64,000 nt of DNA from the NCBI GenBank assembly GCA_038211245.1, contig JBBQVT010000002.1, forward strand, positions 2,534-66,533, given 5' to 3'. Shown here piece by piece: positions 19,217 to 29,061 of the stretch. Within the stretch, counting starts at the first letter, position 1; the number at the start of each line of letters is the position of its first letter. The notes beneath the pieces were generated by a model. The model was not told the DNA's origin, did no database searches, and was given only the letters and a program-made list of their open reading frames with translations. The position numbers and the translations under genes were made by a program. This stretch comes from Desulfobulbales bacterium. GTDB taxonomy: Bacteria > Desulfobacterota > Desulfobulbia > Desulfobulbales > Desulfocapsaceae.

Positions 19217-21052
19217 TCAAAGCGGCAACATCACTCGAACCTCGGTATACTCATTCAGGGTACTGGAAATCTTCATCATTCCACCATGTTCCTCAACGAT
19301 CTTTGTCGATAAAGCAAGCCCCAATCCTGTTCCATTGCTTTTTGTAGTAAAATAAGGATCGAAAACCCGATGAAGATTTTCCGGGGAAATACCTTCCCCG
19401 CTGTCCCTTATACTGACAACGATCATCCCCCCATCGCGCTCCGTCCGCACGGTTAAGACGCCACCATTCGGCATCGCCTGGATAGCGTTGAGAAAGAGAT
19501 TCAACACTACCTGATTAAGTTTGTCCCGGTCGACATACACCATGGGCAACCCCTCTGCCAGTGCAAGAACAAGAGATATTTGATAGGATTCTACATCCAC
19601 CTGCACCAGCGACACGGTTTTTTTGATTATCTCGTCGATTGCCGTCGGTTCCCGTTTGAGCTGGGCCGGCCTAGTATAATCGAGCAATTCGCCAATGCTA
19701 CGGTTCAATCTTTCGACCTCTTTCACCAGAATATCGGCGGTTTCTACGCCACTGCCGGATGCCGATAGCTGTGATTTCAAGAGCACCGCCAGCCCCTTAA
19801 TAGAACTTAACGGATTTCTCAGTTCATGGGCGACACCGGCAGCCATCTTGCCAAGGGCCGCCAAACGCTCACTGCGCTGCAGTTCCTTTTCCAATAATTT
19901 TACCGCGGTGAGATCTCGAATAAGCAACACCTCTCCGGCCAAACGGCCATCATTATCCAGCACAACCATGGAGGCCAGTTGCAGTGTCACCGGTTTTTCA
20001 GGATCCAAATTCAAGTGAATTTCTTTCTGTCTTTCGGCCATCTCCGCTTGGTTATTTGCAAAGAACATCTTGGCCAAACCGGGTGGCAAACTGATTTCCG
20101 GAATTTTCCCGCGTATGCGGCCACTCTCTATTTCAAGAATTTCCCCGGCCGCATCGTTGCAGACCCGAATCACGCCCTGGCTGTCAGTGGCAATGAGACC
20201 GACCGGCAGGGATGAGACGAGAATATCGGTAAACGCCCGCATCTGCCCGAGACTTTGCTGGGAGCCCTTTAAGCCCCTGAGGGTCAAGTAGGAAAGTGCT
20301 CCGGCAAGAGCGACCAGGAGGGTAATGACGGAAAGAATAATTATCTGCAGAAACTGTCGTCTCAGTGACGAATCGAAGTGCTGGAAATCCAGCTGTACGA
20401 CATATATGAGTTGTTTGTCGAGCAAACGTTTCATCTCTTCCTGCAGAGCGACATAGTGGGGATTGTTGGTAAATCTGCGCATCATCTGCCCCCTTCCCGG
20501 ACCTCGATCGAAGAAATCCGGGCCATGTCCCGGCATGTTCGGGGGCATATGCCAAGCGGCAACTTGAAACCTTTGATTTGGCGTATTCCCCTGAGTGTCT
20601 TTGATGATCCGTGAAACAAACGGATTTGGGCTTTCACTTTTCAAAGACTTGGCAAATGCCAGAGTCACCGGATCAATGGTGCCGCTGCCGACATTCACCC
20701 CTGCAGCACATACAATTGTCCCTTCTTGGTCAATGAGATAAACAGATTCGACTCCGGGCTGCTCAACGGCCTGCTCCATTGCCGCCCGTATCTGAGCCTC
20801 CCAAGAAACCCCTGTTTCCGAAGAACGAAGATTATCCCGCATCGACTCCCGAGCCGAGCTGTTGATAAACCGCATCAGGGTGAGACCTTTCTGCACCAGG
20901 GCCTCCCGCATCAACTCTTTTTCCCGTTGATAATTGCTGACTGTAAATAAGGCCAGCAACAACAGTAAAAGTGTACAGGCGATTGCCAGCATCCATGGCG
21001 AAAAATTCAGCAGCAGGTTGCTGCTGTTACAACTCTTTGGTGAGGGTTTCAT
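19217..21052 (-). CDS. Membrane sensor histidine kinase (ZraS/HydH-NtrB type) with PAS domain
   Basis: Two TM segments, PAS domain, AAGVAHELRNPL H-box, NLFLNAIQAM, DSGEGI, FTTK..GTGLGL. Confidence 0.92.
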   Translation of the reverse strand: MKPSPKSCNSSNLLLNFSPWMLAIACTLLLLLLALFTVSNYQREKELMREALVQKGLTLMRFINSSARESMRDNLRSSETGVSWEAQIRAAMEQAVEQPGVESVYLIDQEGTIVCAAGVNVGSGTIDPVTLAFAKSLKSESPNPFVSRIIKDTQGNTPNQRFQVAAWHMPPNMPGHGPDFFDRGPGRGQMMRRFTNNPHYVALQEEMKRLLDKQLIYVVQLDFQHFDSSLRRQFLQIIILSVITLLVALAGALSYLTLRGLKGSQQSLGQMRAFTDILVSSLPVGLIATDSQGVIRVCNDAAGEILEIESGRIRGKIPEISLPPGLAKMFFANNQAEMAERQKEIHLNLDPEKPVTLQLASMVVLDNDGRLAGEVLLIRDLTAVKLLEKELQRSERLAALGKMAAGVAHELRNPLSSIKGLAVLLKSQLSASGSGVETADILVKEVERLNRSIGELLDYTRPAQLKREPTAIDEIIKKTVSLVQVDVESYQISLVLALAEGLPMVYVDRDKLNQVVLNLFLNAIQAMPNGGVLTVRTERDGGMIVVSIRDSGEGISPENLHRVFDPYFTTKSNGTGLGLALSTKIVEEHGGMMKISSTLNEYTEVRVMLPL

Positions 21053-22730
21053 AATTGGCAATTTTCTCAAGAATTACCTTAGAAATCATATAGGTAGGAA
21101 CAATCCCTTCATCACCCATCGGCCCCGATGCCAGTGTCTGGCCACTCACCAAGGGATTATCCGAGGCATAATAGGCATATCTGGTTTTCATCGTGGCTGG
21201 AATATGCCCCTGAATTATTGCTCCGCTTATCGCCCGCTGATAATGGCCACCTTCCATTTCCAAACCAACCGCCTGCCAGGCGGAAGAATGAAAGCGTTCG
21301 AGTACGTCACGGTTTTGTAGCGATGTGCCGACAACGGTCACCATAGGGCCGGTATACACGGTCACTGTATCATCAAAATCGGCGGTGGAAAGATCGTTGT
21401 TGACAATGTAGTTGTCGGCAGTTCCTTCCATTACATAGGCCGTGGCAAGCATGATATCGCCTTTTTTACCAGGCAGTACCCCAGCCTTGCCCATGATTGA
21501 AATAGATTTGATATCGAGGGATTTAACACCCCCATGTCGACTATCTGGATTCAGCAGTTCATCCATAATATCAAAGGCCTGGGTTCCAAAGGCATAATCG
21601 ATCACGATAAGCACCGGCTGGGTTTCCTTGAGAAAAGGATAGTTCATCTTCAGAGAGGGATGAAGATGATGCTGGTCGAGTTGCGACAGGTCAATAATAT
21701 TGATGTCAATCGTCGAACCTGATCCATCTGCCTGAAAGGTAAAACCATGCTTTGCAGCATACGCCTCAACATCCTTTTCTCTATCTCGAATCGCCCGTAC
21801 CATCGCATAGAGATCATTCGGCACCGCCTCTCCGGACTCCATCAGTGTCCCGGACCCATACAGCAGATTTCGCATGGAATGCATATTGGCACTGATTACA
21901 TGCATCGGTCGATCAAGAAGATGCAGACGACCGAGAGATGCCTTCAAGGCCCCTGCCCAGAGGGACGCATGTGTTTGATGATCGATCATCTCGTGCAAAG
22001 AGGGTGTAAAGTAGACGACCAACTCATTTTTTTTGGAACTCTGTTCTTCTATTACGCGTTTCCCAATACCGTAAATGATCGAAAAGAGACTGCTGTTGGT
22101 ATTATATTCCTGCCTGTTTTTCTCGAGGTGTTCATAGGCTTCCCACGTCTCTTTGTAGGTCCGACCGAGAATGATGGAGAGGTTCCATATAGCCTGTTCT
22201 AACTCCTCGCCGACCAACGACTCTTCTATGGAGGTGATACGTTCCAATTCCGTCCATTCGGAGCTCAACCCTTCGCCCCTGTTGCATACCTGCCGATAAA
22301 TCTTCCAGGCCTCAATATTGAGAAAGGTGATATGCGTGAGGATGTCGTATATCTCGCTTTTTCCTGTGGTTATGACGAAACAATACTCTTTTTCCGACAC
22401 CGCATACGATACCCTCCGTCTTTTCAGGGGCACAATTTTCGCAAACGAGGTGTCCTGAAAGTCCTCTTGGGCGGTGAGGATGATTCTCGTGCACTTTTCA
22501 ATCCCTTTTGGCATCCTGTCAAAAACATACTCTAATCCATGCAATTCTACGACCCGGGTGTCCGACATCGAGCCATAGATTTCCGGACTGAGCTGTTTCA
22601 ATGCCTCCGCCAATTTTTCACCAATCCTCCCGGAAGGTTTGTAGGAACCCTGGAGGGTCATGGAATCGGCGAGTATTTTGAAGGTTCGTATGGCAATCCG
22701 TGCTTTTTGCGATTTGGATAACTCCTGCAT
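21027..22730 (-). CDS. DUF6909-like protein with C-terminal nucleoside phosphorylase/AMP nucleosidase-like fold
   Basis: PEIYGS, KRRR, EIYDILTH, ISANMHS, DYAFG.QA, IMGKAG, GTSLQN, GLEMEG and YYASDNPL motifs, recognised by eye. Confidence 0.7.
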   Translation of the reverse strand: MQELSKSQKARIAIRTFKILADSMTLQGSYKPSGRIGEKLAEALKQLSPEIYGSMSDTRVVELHGLEYVFDRMPKGIEKCTRIILTAQEDFQDTSFAKIVPLKRRRVSYAVSEKEYCFVITTGKSEIYDILTHITFLNIEAWKIYRQVCNRGEGLSSEWTELERITSIEESLVGEELEQAIWNLSIILGRTYKETWEAYEHLEKNRQEYNTNSSLFSIIYGIGKRVIEEQSSKKNELVVYFTPSLHEMIDHQTHASLWAGALKASLGRLHLLDRPMHVISANMHSMRNLLYGSGTLMESGEAVPNDLYAMVRAIRDREKDVEAYAAKHGFTFQADGSGSTIDINIIDLSQLDQHHLHPSLKMNYPFLKETQPVLIVIDYAFGTQAFDIMDELLNPDSRHGGVKSLDIKSISIMGKAGVLPGKKGDIMLATAYVMEGTADNYIVNNDLSTADFDDTVTVYTGPMVTVVGTSLQNRDVLERFHSSAWQAVGLEMEGGHYQRAISGAIIQGHIPATMKTRYAYYASDNPLVSGQTLASGPMGDEGIVPTYMISKVILEKIANYETLTKEL

Positions 22731-22768
22731 AAATTCTCCTCGGGCAGACGACCGTATTCAAATATGCA

Positions 22769-23353
22769 TCATTTTTCTATCCGGGTACTCAGGGCGTCGA
22801 GTAATTCGGCACGCCCCTGTCCGGTTTTTGCCGAGAAAAGGATTCTGTCTTCCGCCTTGATGCTGTGCCCTGCATCCAGCAGCCTGGCATTTTTTTCGCG
22901 AATACTGCCGGAAATCTTGTCAATTTTGGTGTACACCGGAAGACAGGGAATGGCCTTTTCACCCAGCCATTGAACAAGTTGGGTATCCTGTTCCTTGGGT
23001 TCATGGCGAATATCCATGATGACCACAACGCATCTGAGTGTTTCCCGGGTTTCCAGGTAGGTAGTTATCAACGATTGCCAGCTGTTTTGCATAATTTTCG
23101 GTACTTTAGCAAAACCGTAACCGGGTAAATCCACGAGAAAAAACTGCTCCTCCACACGAAAGTAGTTCAATCCTTGGGTTTTCCCCGGCCTGGCACTTAC
23201 CTTTACCAACCTTTTCCTGCCGATGAGGGTATTGATCAGGCTGGATTTGCCGACGTTGGATCTGCCGGCAAAGGCAATTTCCGGAAGATCCGGCGAAGGA
23301 AGCTGATTGAGACGATGGGCGCTCAGGAGAAACTCGATGTTAAAAAAATCCAT
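22769..23353 (-). CDS. engB: Ribosome biogenesis GTP-binding protein YihA/YsxC
   Basis: AFAGRSNVGKSSLIN, PGKT, DLPGYG, TKIDK. Confidence 0.96.
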   Translation of the reverse strand: MDFFNIEFLLSAHRLNQLPSPDLPEIAFAGRSNVGKSSLINTLIGRKRLVKVSARPGKTQGLNYFRVEEQFFLVDLPGYGFAKVPKIMQNSWQSLITTYLETRETLRCVVVIMDIRHEPKEQDTQLVQWLGEKAIPCLPVYTKIDKISGSIREKNARLLDAGHSIKAEDRILFSAKTGQGRAELLDALSTRIEK

Positions 23354-23468
23354 GTGTATCTCCTGTCAAAATGTTTGTTCTGCGAATCTCGGCCGGTGTA
23401 ATGGCTAAAACGGTATAAAGTCCGCAATAAATACTTTCGGAAATGGTCGAGAGATTGAGTAACGACTC

Positions 23469-24341
23469 TTAAATCACCTTGTTCAGAGAGTACTCGATGA
23501 TGCCTTCCGCCCCGAGTTTTTTTAATTTCGGAATCAGATCCCTGACGATATCTTCAGAAACCACGGTTTCCACCGAATACCAGTCCTGATTGTAGAGACT
23601 TGCCACTGTCGGCGCATTGATGCTCGGGAGGATGGCGACTATATCGTCAATCTTGGCACTGGAAACATTCATTTTCAGACCGACTATTCGATCCGCACGC
23701 AATGCACCTTGCAAAAGCAAGGCAATATTCTCGATTTTTTCTCGTTTCCAAGGATCATTCCAGGCATTTTTATTGGCGATGAACTGGGTGTTCGACTGCA
23801 TGAGTTCATGAATAATTCGCAAGCCATGGGCACGAATGGTACTCTCCGTTTCCGTTACCTCGACAATGGCGTCGGCGAGTCCTGAGACGACCTTCGCTTC
23901 AGTTGCCCCCCAGGAAAATTCTATATCTACGTCGATGCCCCTTTCCTTAAAGAAACGTGTAGTGACATTCACCAGTTCGGTGGAAATTTTCTTACCCTGA
24001 AGATCTTCAATCGTCCTGATATCCGAATCACCGGCCACGGCAATGACCCACCGAGTAGGCCGTCTGCTGACCTTGGAGTAGACGAGGTCACACACCAGGA
24101 TGGTGTCGGAGTTATTCTCCATTGTCCAATCCTTACCGGTAATTCCGGCGTCCAGCATGCCTCCTTCGACATAGCGTGACATTTCCTGCGGCCGACAAAT
24201 CGAACACTCAAGCTCGGGGTCATCTATTTTGGGAAAATAATTTCTGGCAGCCGGCTTGATTTGCCAACCTGCTTTCTCAAACAATTCGATGGTGGCGTTT
24301 TCGAGACTACCTTTGGGTAAACCTAATTTCAGCTGATTCAT
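23469..24341 (-). CDS. hisG: ATP phosphoribosyltransferase (long form)
   Basis: [33 protein letters not shown] and C-terminal regulatory domain (PTV..L, GAEGI). Confidence 0.96.
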   Translation of the reverse strand: MNQLKLGLPKGSLENATIELFEKAGWQIKPAARNYFPKIDDPELECSICRPQEMSRYVEGGMLDAGITGKDWTMENNSDTILVCDLVYSKVSRRPTRWVIAVAGDSDIRTIEDLQGKKISTELVNVTTRFFKERGIDVDIEFSWGATEAKVVSGLADAIVEVTETESTIRAHGLRIIHELMQSNTQFIANKNAWNDPWKREKIENIALLLQGALRADRIVGLKMNVSSAKIDDIVAILPSINAPTVASLYNQDWYSVETVVSEDIVRDLIPKLKKLGAEGIIEYSLNKVI

Positions 24342-24387
24342 TACTCATTTTCTCCGCGCTTTTTGGTCATTTCATCAACAACATATC

Positions 24388-24771
24388 TTACTTAATTCCG
24401 TATACAATGGCAGGATCGAAGAGTATATCACCCTCGATTACCAGTGTATCGCCGACAACCCGCCTATAAAAGCAAGATCTATGGCCGGTATGGCAGGCCG
24501 CATCTCCCATCTGTTCGACTTGCAACACCACAGTATCAGCATCACAATCAACCAGGATATTGTGAATGATCTGCACATGACCGGAGGTCTCACCTTTTAA
24601 CCACAGTGCGTTACGCGATCGACTCCAATAATGGGCCTTGCCGGTTTTCAGGGTCATTTCCCAGGCTACATTATTAATGTATGCCAGCATAAGGATTTCA
24701 AGGGTTTTAAAATCCTGGGCAATTGCCGGCAGGAGTCCATCAGCCGATTTATTAAAATTAAGCGATAGCAT
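24388..24771 (-). CDS. hisI: Phosphoribosyl-AMP cyclohydrolase
   Basis: [32 protein letters not shown]; no fused HisE domain. Confidence 0.96.
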   Translation of the reverse strand: MLSLNFNKSADGLLPAIAQDFKTLEILMLAYINNVAWEMTLKTGKAHYWSRSRNALWLKGETSGHVQIIHNILVDCDADTVVLQVEQMGDAACHTGHRSCFYRRVVGDTLVIEGDILFDPAIVYGIK

Positions 24772-25037
24772 TGCGTTTCTTTAGGAAGCTAAAGGTCAAC
24801 CCTCAAGGTACTACTCTTCTTAGTGGTCAGTTGAAATGTCGGCATATCATTCTGAAAAAACGTCTAAATTAGACAGCTCTCATCGCTTTGTCAAGCAGCC
24901 ACCTCTGTTTTGCTACTTTTCTTGTTCTATGCTTGCATAAAATTGATCATCTCCTATAGTATGTCACGAATTTTTCCCAAGATGAATCAAAATATTCATT
25001 TCCCCATACCCTTTTTTCATGGAACAGGAGTTTACAT

Positions 25038-25496
25038 ATGGCACACCCAAAAACAAGCGACATGGTAATTGTCACCTTCACCGGAATGTTGGACAATGGT
25101 GAAGTCTTCATCGCCTCTGAAAAAGATAAGCCTGCACAGGCAATCATCGGCAACTCCGACCTGCCCCCGAGTCTGGAATCAGAAATTGTTACAATGCAGG
25201 TTGGTGAAACCCGCAAAATCCGTGTCCCACCTGAAGAAGGCTATGGCCAAAGGCTCACTAATTTAGTGCAGACCATCGACAATCAGAAATTGGTCGATAC
25301 TCTTCATCCCAAGCCCGGGATGATTATCTCCCTTACGGTTGATAAAGAAGGTGTTGAACAAAAAATACCGGCGACAGTAATGACGATCGAAGGCTCGCAG
25401 ATAACGGTTGACTATAATCACCCTCTGGCTGGCCACCACCTTACCTATCGGGTCACCCTTGTCGAAATTGTCGAGAAACCACTCGCTGATTCTTGA
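25038..25496 (+). CDS. FKBP-type peptidyl-prolyl isomerase (SlyD/SlpA-like, no His-rich tail)
   Basis: GMLDNGEVF, VPPEEGYG, VDYNHPLAG. Confidence 0.9.
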   Translation: MAHPKTSDMVIVTFTGMLDNGEVFIASEKDKPAQAIIGNSDLPPSLESEIVTMQVGETRKIRVPPEEGYGQRLTNLVQTIDNQKLVDTLHPKPGMIISLTVDKEGVEQKIPATVMTIEGSQITVDYNHPLAGHHLTYRVTLVEIVEKPLADS

Positions 25497-25604
25497 TATC
25501 AACCTTAATGCATTATTTTTAAAAACTCCTGTACATACCTTTCCCTGTATGTATAACCTTATAGAGTTGCAATCGGATATTAAATCAAATGTAGGGAGTA
25601 GAGC

Positions 25605-28544
25605 ATGGACATCGAAGACGACGAAATATTGCAAGGATTTATTGAAGAATCTCTTGAGCACCTGGCGGACATTGAAAATGACCTTTTGGCAATTGAAGAA
25701 GGTGGTGCCGATATCGACGAAGATCTCGTCAACAAGGTCTTCCGTGCTGCCCACTCCATCAAGGGAGGCGCGGGATTCATGGGCCTTACTACCATCCAAG
25801 AGCTGTCCCATGCGGCGGAAAATGTTCTTGGCATGATTCGCAGCAAGAAATTGATCCCGACCCCGGAAATTATTAATGTACTGTTGATCGCCTCGGATCA
25901 ACTGCAAAGCATGATTGAGGATGTCCATAATAGCAATGAGGTGGACATTGCATCGCACCTTTTACCTTTAAACGCTATCGCTGATGGTTCATTCTCCCAA
26001 CCACTACCTCAGGAGACACCAGCACAAGAGGTGCAAGCTAAAACCAAACACGCTGCTGAGAAAAACCAACCACCACCTAGCGAGATAATTGAGCTCGTGG
26101 TGGCAAAATCAAAAGCCGTCACTGCAAAACCGAAGCCCACCCCCAAGCCTGAACCTGAACCTGAACCTGAACCTGAACCTATTTCCTTTTCCTCGCTTGA
26201 AGAAGATGAAGATGAGCAATCAGCATATTCCGAATCAAATTCTAGCATCAAGCAAGCAGACCGGCCAGAATCAGCAGGCGATAAAAACAAATCTGCCGGA
26301 CCTCCGGCCAAGGCCGAAACAACGCTGCGAGTTCATGTCAGCCTCCTTGATTCTCTGATGAACCTGGCAGGAGAACTGGTCCTCAGCCGCAACCAGCTGT
26401 TGCAAACTATCGGCTCAGATGACCTACGTAACGCCGAGGCAGTGGGCCAGCGTATCGATTTGATCACCTCAGAGCTGCAGGAAGCGATCATGTTGACCCG
26501 CATGCAGCCGATCGGTAACGTTTTCAGCAAATTCCCCCGGGTTGTTCGAGATCTCTCAAAAAAACTCAAAAAAACTATTGACCTGAACATCGTAGGCAAA
26601 GATGTTGAACTGGATAAGACGATTATCGAGGCTATAAATGATCCTCTTACCCACCTTGTCCGAAATTCAGTTGACCACGGTATCGAAAAACCGGCAGAAC
26701 GAAAAAAACTCGGTAAATCGGAAATTGGCTTGGTAGTTCTCAAGGCTTACCATGAGGCCGGGCAAGTTGTCATCGAGATCAGTGACGATGGTAAAGGTCT
26801 CGACGGTGAAGCTCTGGCGGCAAGCGCCATCAGCAAGGGCCTGCTCACACCCGAACAGGCGCAGGCCATGTCCGACAAGGAAAAAATCAACCTTATTTTT
26901 CTGCCCGGCTTCTCAACCGCCAAGGAAGTCACCGACGTATCCGGCAGAGGTGTCGGCATGGATGTCGTCAAAACCAACCTTGATCAACTTGGGGGCCATG
27001 TTGATATTATTTCCTCTAAAGGCTCCGGTACCACCATCTCCATCAAGCTGCCCTTGACCCTGGCAATTATTCCTTGTCAGATTATCGAGACCGGAGGTGA
27101 AAGGTATGCCATACCGCAGGTCAATCTTGAAGAACTTCTTCGCATTCCGGCCATTCAGGTAAAAGATCGAGTTGAAAGAGTTGGCGATGCCGAGGTCGTT
27201 CGATTGCGAGGAACCTTATTGCCTCTCATCCGTCTTGCCGACGTAATCGGCATAGAACGAACCTATTTTGATCATGGTGAAGAGGAAATCAAAGCAGACC
27301 GTAGAGAACATACTGCCGATCGGCGGGGTAAAGAATCACCACTCTTTCGAAACCCCAATGAGCCAGAGAAAAAATCACAGGCCAAAGGCGAAACATACCC
27401 CAGGTCCGTAATCGATCGCCGCTATTCGGCCTCCAGCGCCCTCAATATAGTTGTAGTTTCAACCGGCGCCATCAAATATGGCTTGATTGTTGATCGTCTG
27501 CAAGACTCAGAGGAAATCGTCATCAAACCGCTCGGTCGACATCTGCAGCAGTGTAAGGGCTACGCCGGAGCAACTATTATGGGGGATGGCCGCATCGCCC
27601 TCATTCTCGATGTCAGTAATCTGGCGAGAATGGCTCGACTGAACTCAATAGACGGATCGGATCGTGCAGCCGAGGTGGCCAAAGCTGCCGCAGATGCGAT
27701 GAGAGCACAAAAAGACCGACAGTCCCTGCTCATTTTTAAAAGCTCCGAAACCGAAAATTTTGCCGTTCCTCTCAACCAAGTTGAAAGAATAGAAAAAATC
27801 AAACGGTCGGACATTGAAGAACTAGGCGGAAAACGCGTCATGAAATACCGTGGCGGCAGCCTCAGTCTCATTTGTGTCGATGATCTGGCTGCGGTAAATC
27901 CCTTAGCTGATCATGAAAATCTCCTGGTCATCGTTTTTAATATTGCCAAGCGAGCCATTGGCTTATTAGCCATAGGGCCGATAGATGCTATTGAAATCAG
28001 CGCCGATATCGACGACACCACCCTCAGTCAGCCGGGAATAATGGGGTCGATAATCATCGATCAACATACCACCATGCTGGTTAATGTTTTTGAGATGGCA
28101 CAAACCCTCTTCCCGCAGTGGTCCGTTGAGAGGGAGCTAGTCGTCATTGAAACAGCCAATGACAGTGAGCCGCCGACCATTCTCATCGCCGAGGATTCGA
28201 AATTCTTCCGTAATCAGGTCAAAGGATATATGACTGAAGTCGGTTACAAGGTTATCGAGGCTGAAGATGGGGTGGAAGCATGGAATAAACTCCATGAACA
28301 CGGTGATCTGATTGCCATGCTGATCACCGATATTGAGATGCCGAATATGAATGGTTTTGAACTCACGGAAAAAATACGTCGAGATGATAAATATTCTAAG
28401 CTACCGATCATTGCCTTAACAACTCTTGCGTCGGCCGAAGACATGGCTAAGGGGCAAGCCGTCGGGGTCAATGAATATCACATCAAACTCGACAAAGAAC
28501 GGTTGATGGTTTCGGTGCACGATTATATGAAGAGACGGTACTAA
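25605..28544 (+). CDS. cheA: Hybrid chemotaxis histidine kinase CheA (Hpt-dimerization-HATPase-2x CheW-like-REC)
   Basis: FRAAHSIKG Hpt, HLVRNSVDHG, PGFSTA..VTDVSGRGVGMDVV, two CheW-like domains and a C-terminal receiver (AEDS, TDIEMP). Confidence 0.96.
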   Translation: MDIEDDEILQGFIEESLEHLADIENDLLAIEEGGADIDEDLVNKVFRAAHSIKGGAGFMGLTTIQELSHAAENVLGMIRSKKLIPTPEIINVLLIASDQLQSMIEDVHNSNEVDIASHLLPLNAIADGSFSQPLPQETPAQEVQAKTKHAAEKNQPPPSEIIELVVAKSKAVTAKPKPTPKPEPEPEPEPEPISFSSLEEDEDEQSAYSESNSSIKQADRPESAGDKNKSAGPPAKAETTLRVHVSLLDSLMNLAGELVLSRNQLLQTIGSDDLRNAEAVGQRIDLITSELQEAIMLTRMQPIGNVFSKFPRVVRDLSKKLKKTIDLNIVGKDVELDKTIIEAINDPLTHLVRNSVDHGIEKPAERKKLGKSEIGLVVLKAYHEAGQVVIEISDDGKGLDGEALAASAISKGLLTPEQAQAMSDKEKINLIFLPGFSTAKEVTDVSGRGVGMDVVKTNLDQLGGHVDIISSKGSGTTISIKLPLTLAIIPCQIIETGGERYAIPQVNLEELLRIPAIQVKDRVERVGDAEVVRLRGTLLPLIRLADVIGIERTYFDHGEEEIKADRREHTADRRGKESPLFRNPNEPEKKSQAKGETYPRSVIDRRYSASSALNIVVVSTGAIKYGLIVDRLQDSEEIVIKPLGRHLQQCKGYAGATIMGDGRIALILDVSNLARMARLNSIDGSDRAAEVAKAAADAMRAQKDRQSLLIFKSSETENFAVPLNQVERIEKIKRSDIEELGGKRVMKYRGGSLSLICVDDLAAVNPLADHENLLVIVFNIAKRAIGLLAIGPIDAIEISADIDDTTLSQPGIMGSIIIDQHTTMLVNVFEMAQTLFPQWSVERELVVIETANDSEPPTILIAEDSKFFRNQVKGYMTEVGYKVIEAEDGVEAWNKLHEHGDLIAMLITDIEMPNMNGFELTEKIRRDDKYSKLPIIALTTLASAEDMAKGQAVGVNEYHIKLDKERLMVSVHDYMKRRY
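26148..26180 (+). repeat. (CCTGAA)5.5 hexanucleotide tandem repeat encoding a PEPEPEPEPEP linker in CheA
   Basis: Five perfect CCTGAA copies plus CCT, read directly from the sequence. Confidence 0.95.
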
Positions 28545-28595
28545 AAAATGGACAATTAGCCACCGAAGGAATCATAACAACACAATGGTATAAAC

Positions 28596-29054
28596 ATGGC
28601 AGATGACAGAGCAAAAACAGAAAGCAAAAAGATAGTGGAACTTGCCACTTTTTATGTCGGTGACGCACTGTGCGGCATGGATATTCTCAAAGTGCAAGAA
28701 ATAAACAAACTTATGCAAATGACCAAGGTTCCCCAAGCACCCGATTATGTGGTCGGCATACTTAATCTGCGGGGGCAGATCGTCACTATTATCGACTTAG
28801 GCCTGAAACTCGGTCTGGGTGCCACCGATCTTTCCCGGGACCCGCGCAATATCATCGTCAATTCCGCCGGAGCCCATGTCGGGCTTCTGGTCAGGAAGAT
28901 CAGTGATGTCGTCTCGGCTGACATGGAGAGAAGTGAATTGGCGCCGGCGAATATGCGGGGCATCCAGGGGGAATTTTTCACCGGGGTCTACAAAACAGAT
29001 ACTAACCTCATCGGGATACTGAATGTCGATAAAGTTTTAAGCCTTGAGGATTGA
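28596..29054 (+). CDS. cheW: Chemotaxis coupling protein CheW
   Basis: VQEI, TKVPQAP.YVVGILNLRGQIVTIIDL. Confidence 0.96.
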   Translation: MADDRAKTESKKIVELATFYVGDALCGMDILKVQEINKLMQMTKVPQAPDYVVGILNLRGQIVTIIDLGLKLGLGATDLSRDPRNIIVNSAGAHVGLLVRKISDVVSADMERSELAPANMRGIQGEFFTGVYKTDTNLIGILNVDKVLSLED

Positions 29055-29061
29055 GATCCGC

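Noticed and set aside
25263-25958. 231-aa ORF on the - strand, and similar 150-250 aa antisense ORFs across the flagellar genes
   Set aside because: They overlap well-supported genes on the opposite strand and have no independent evidence.
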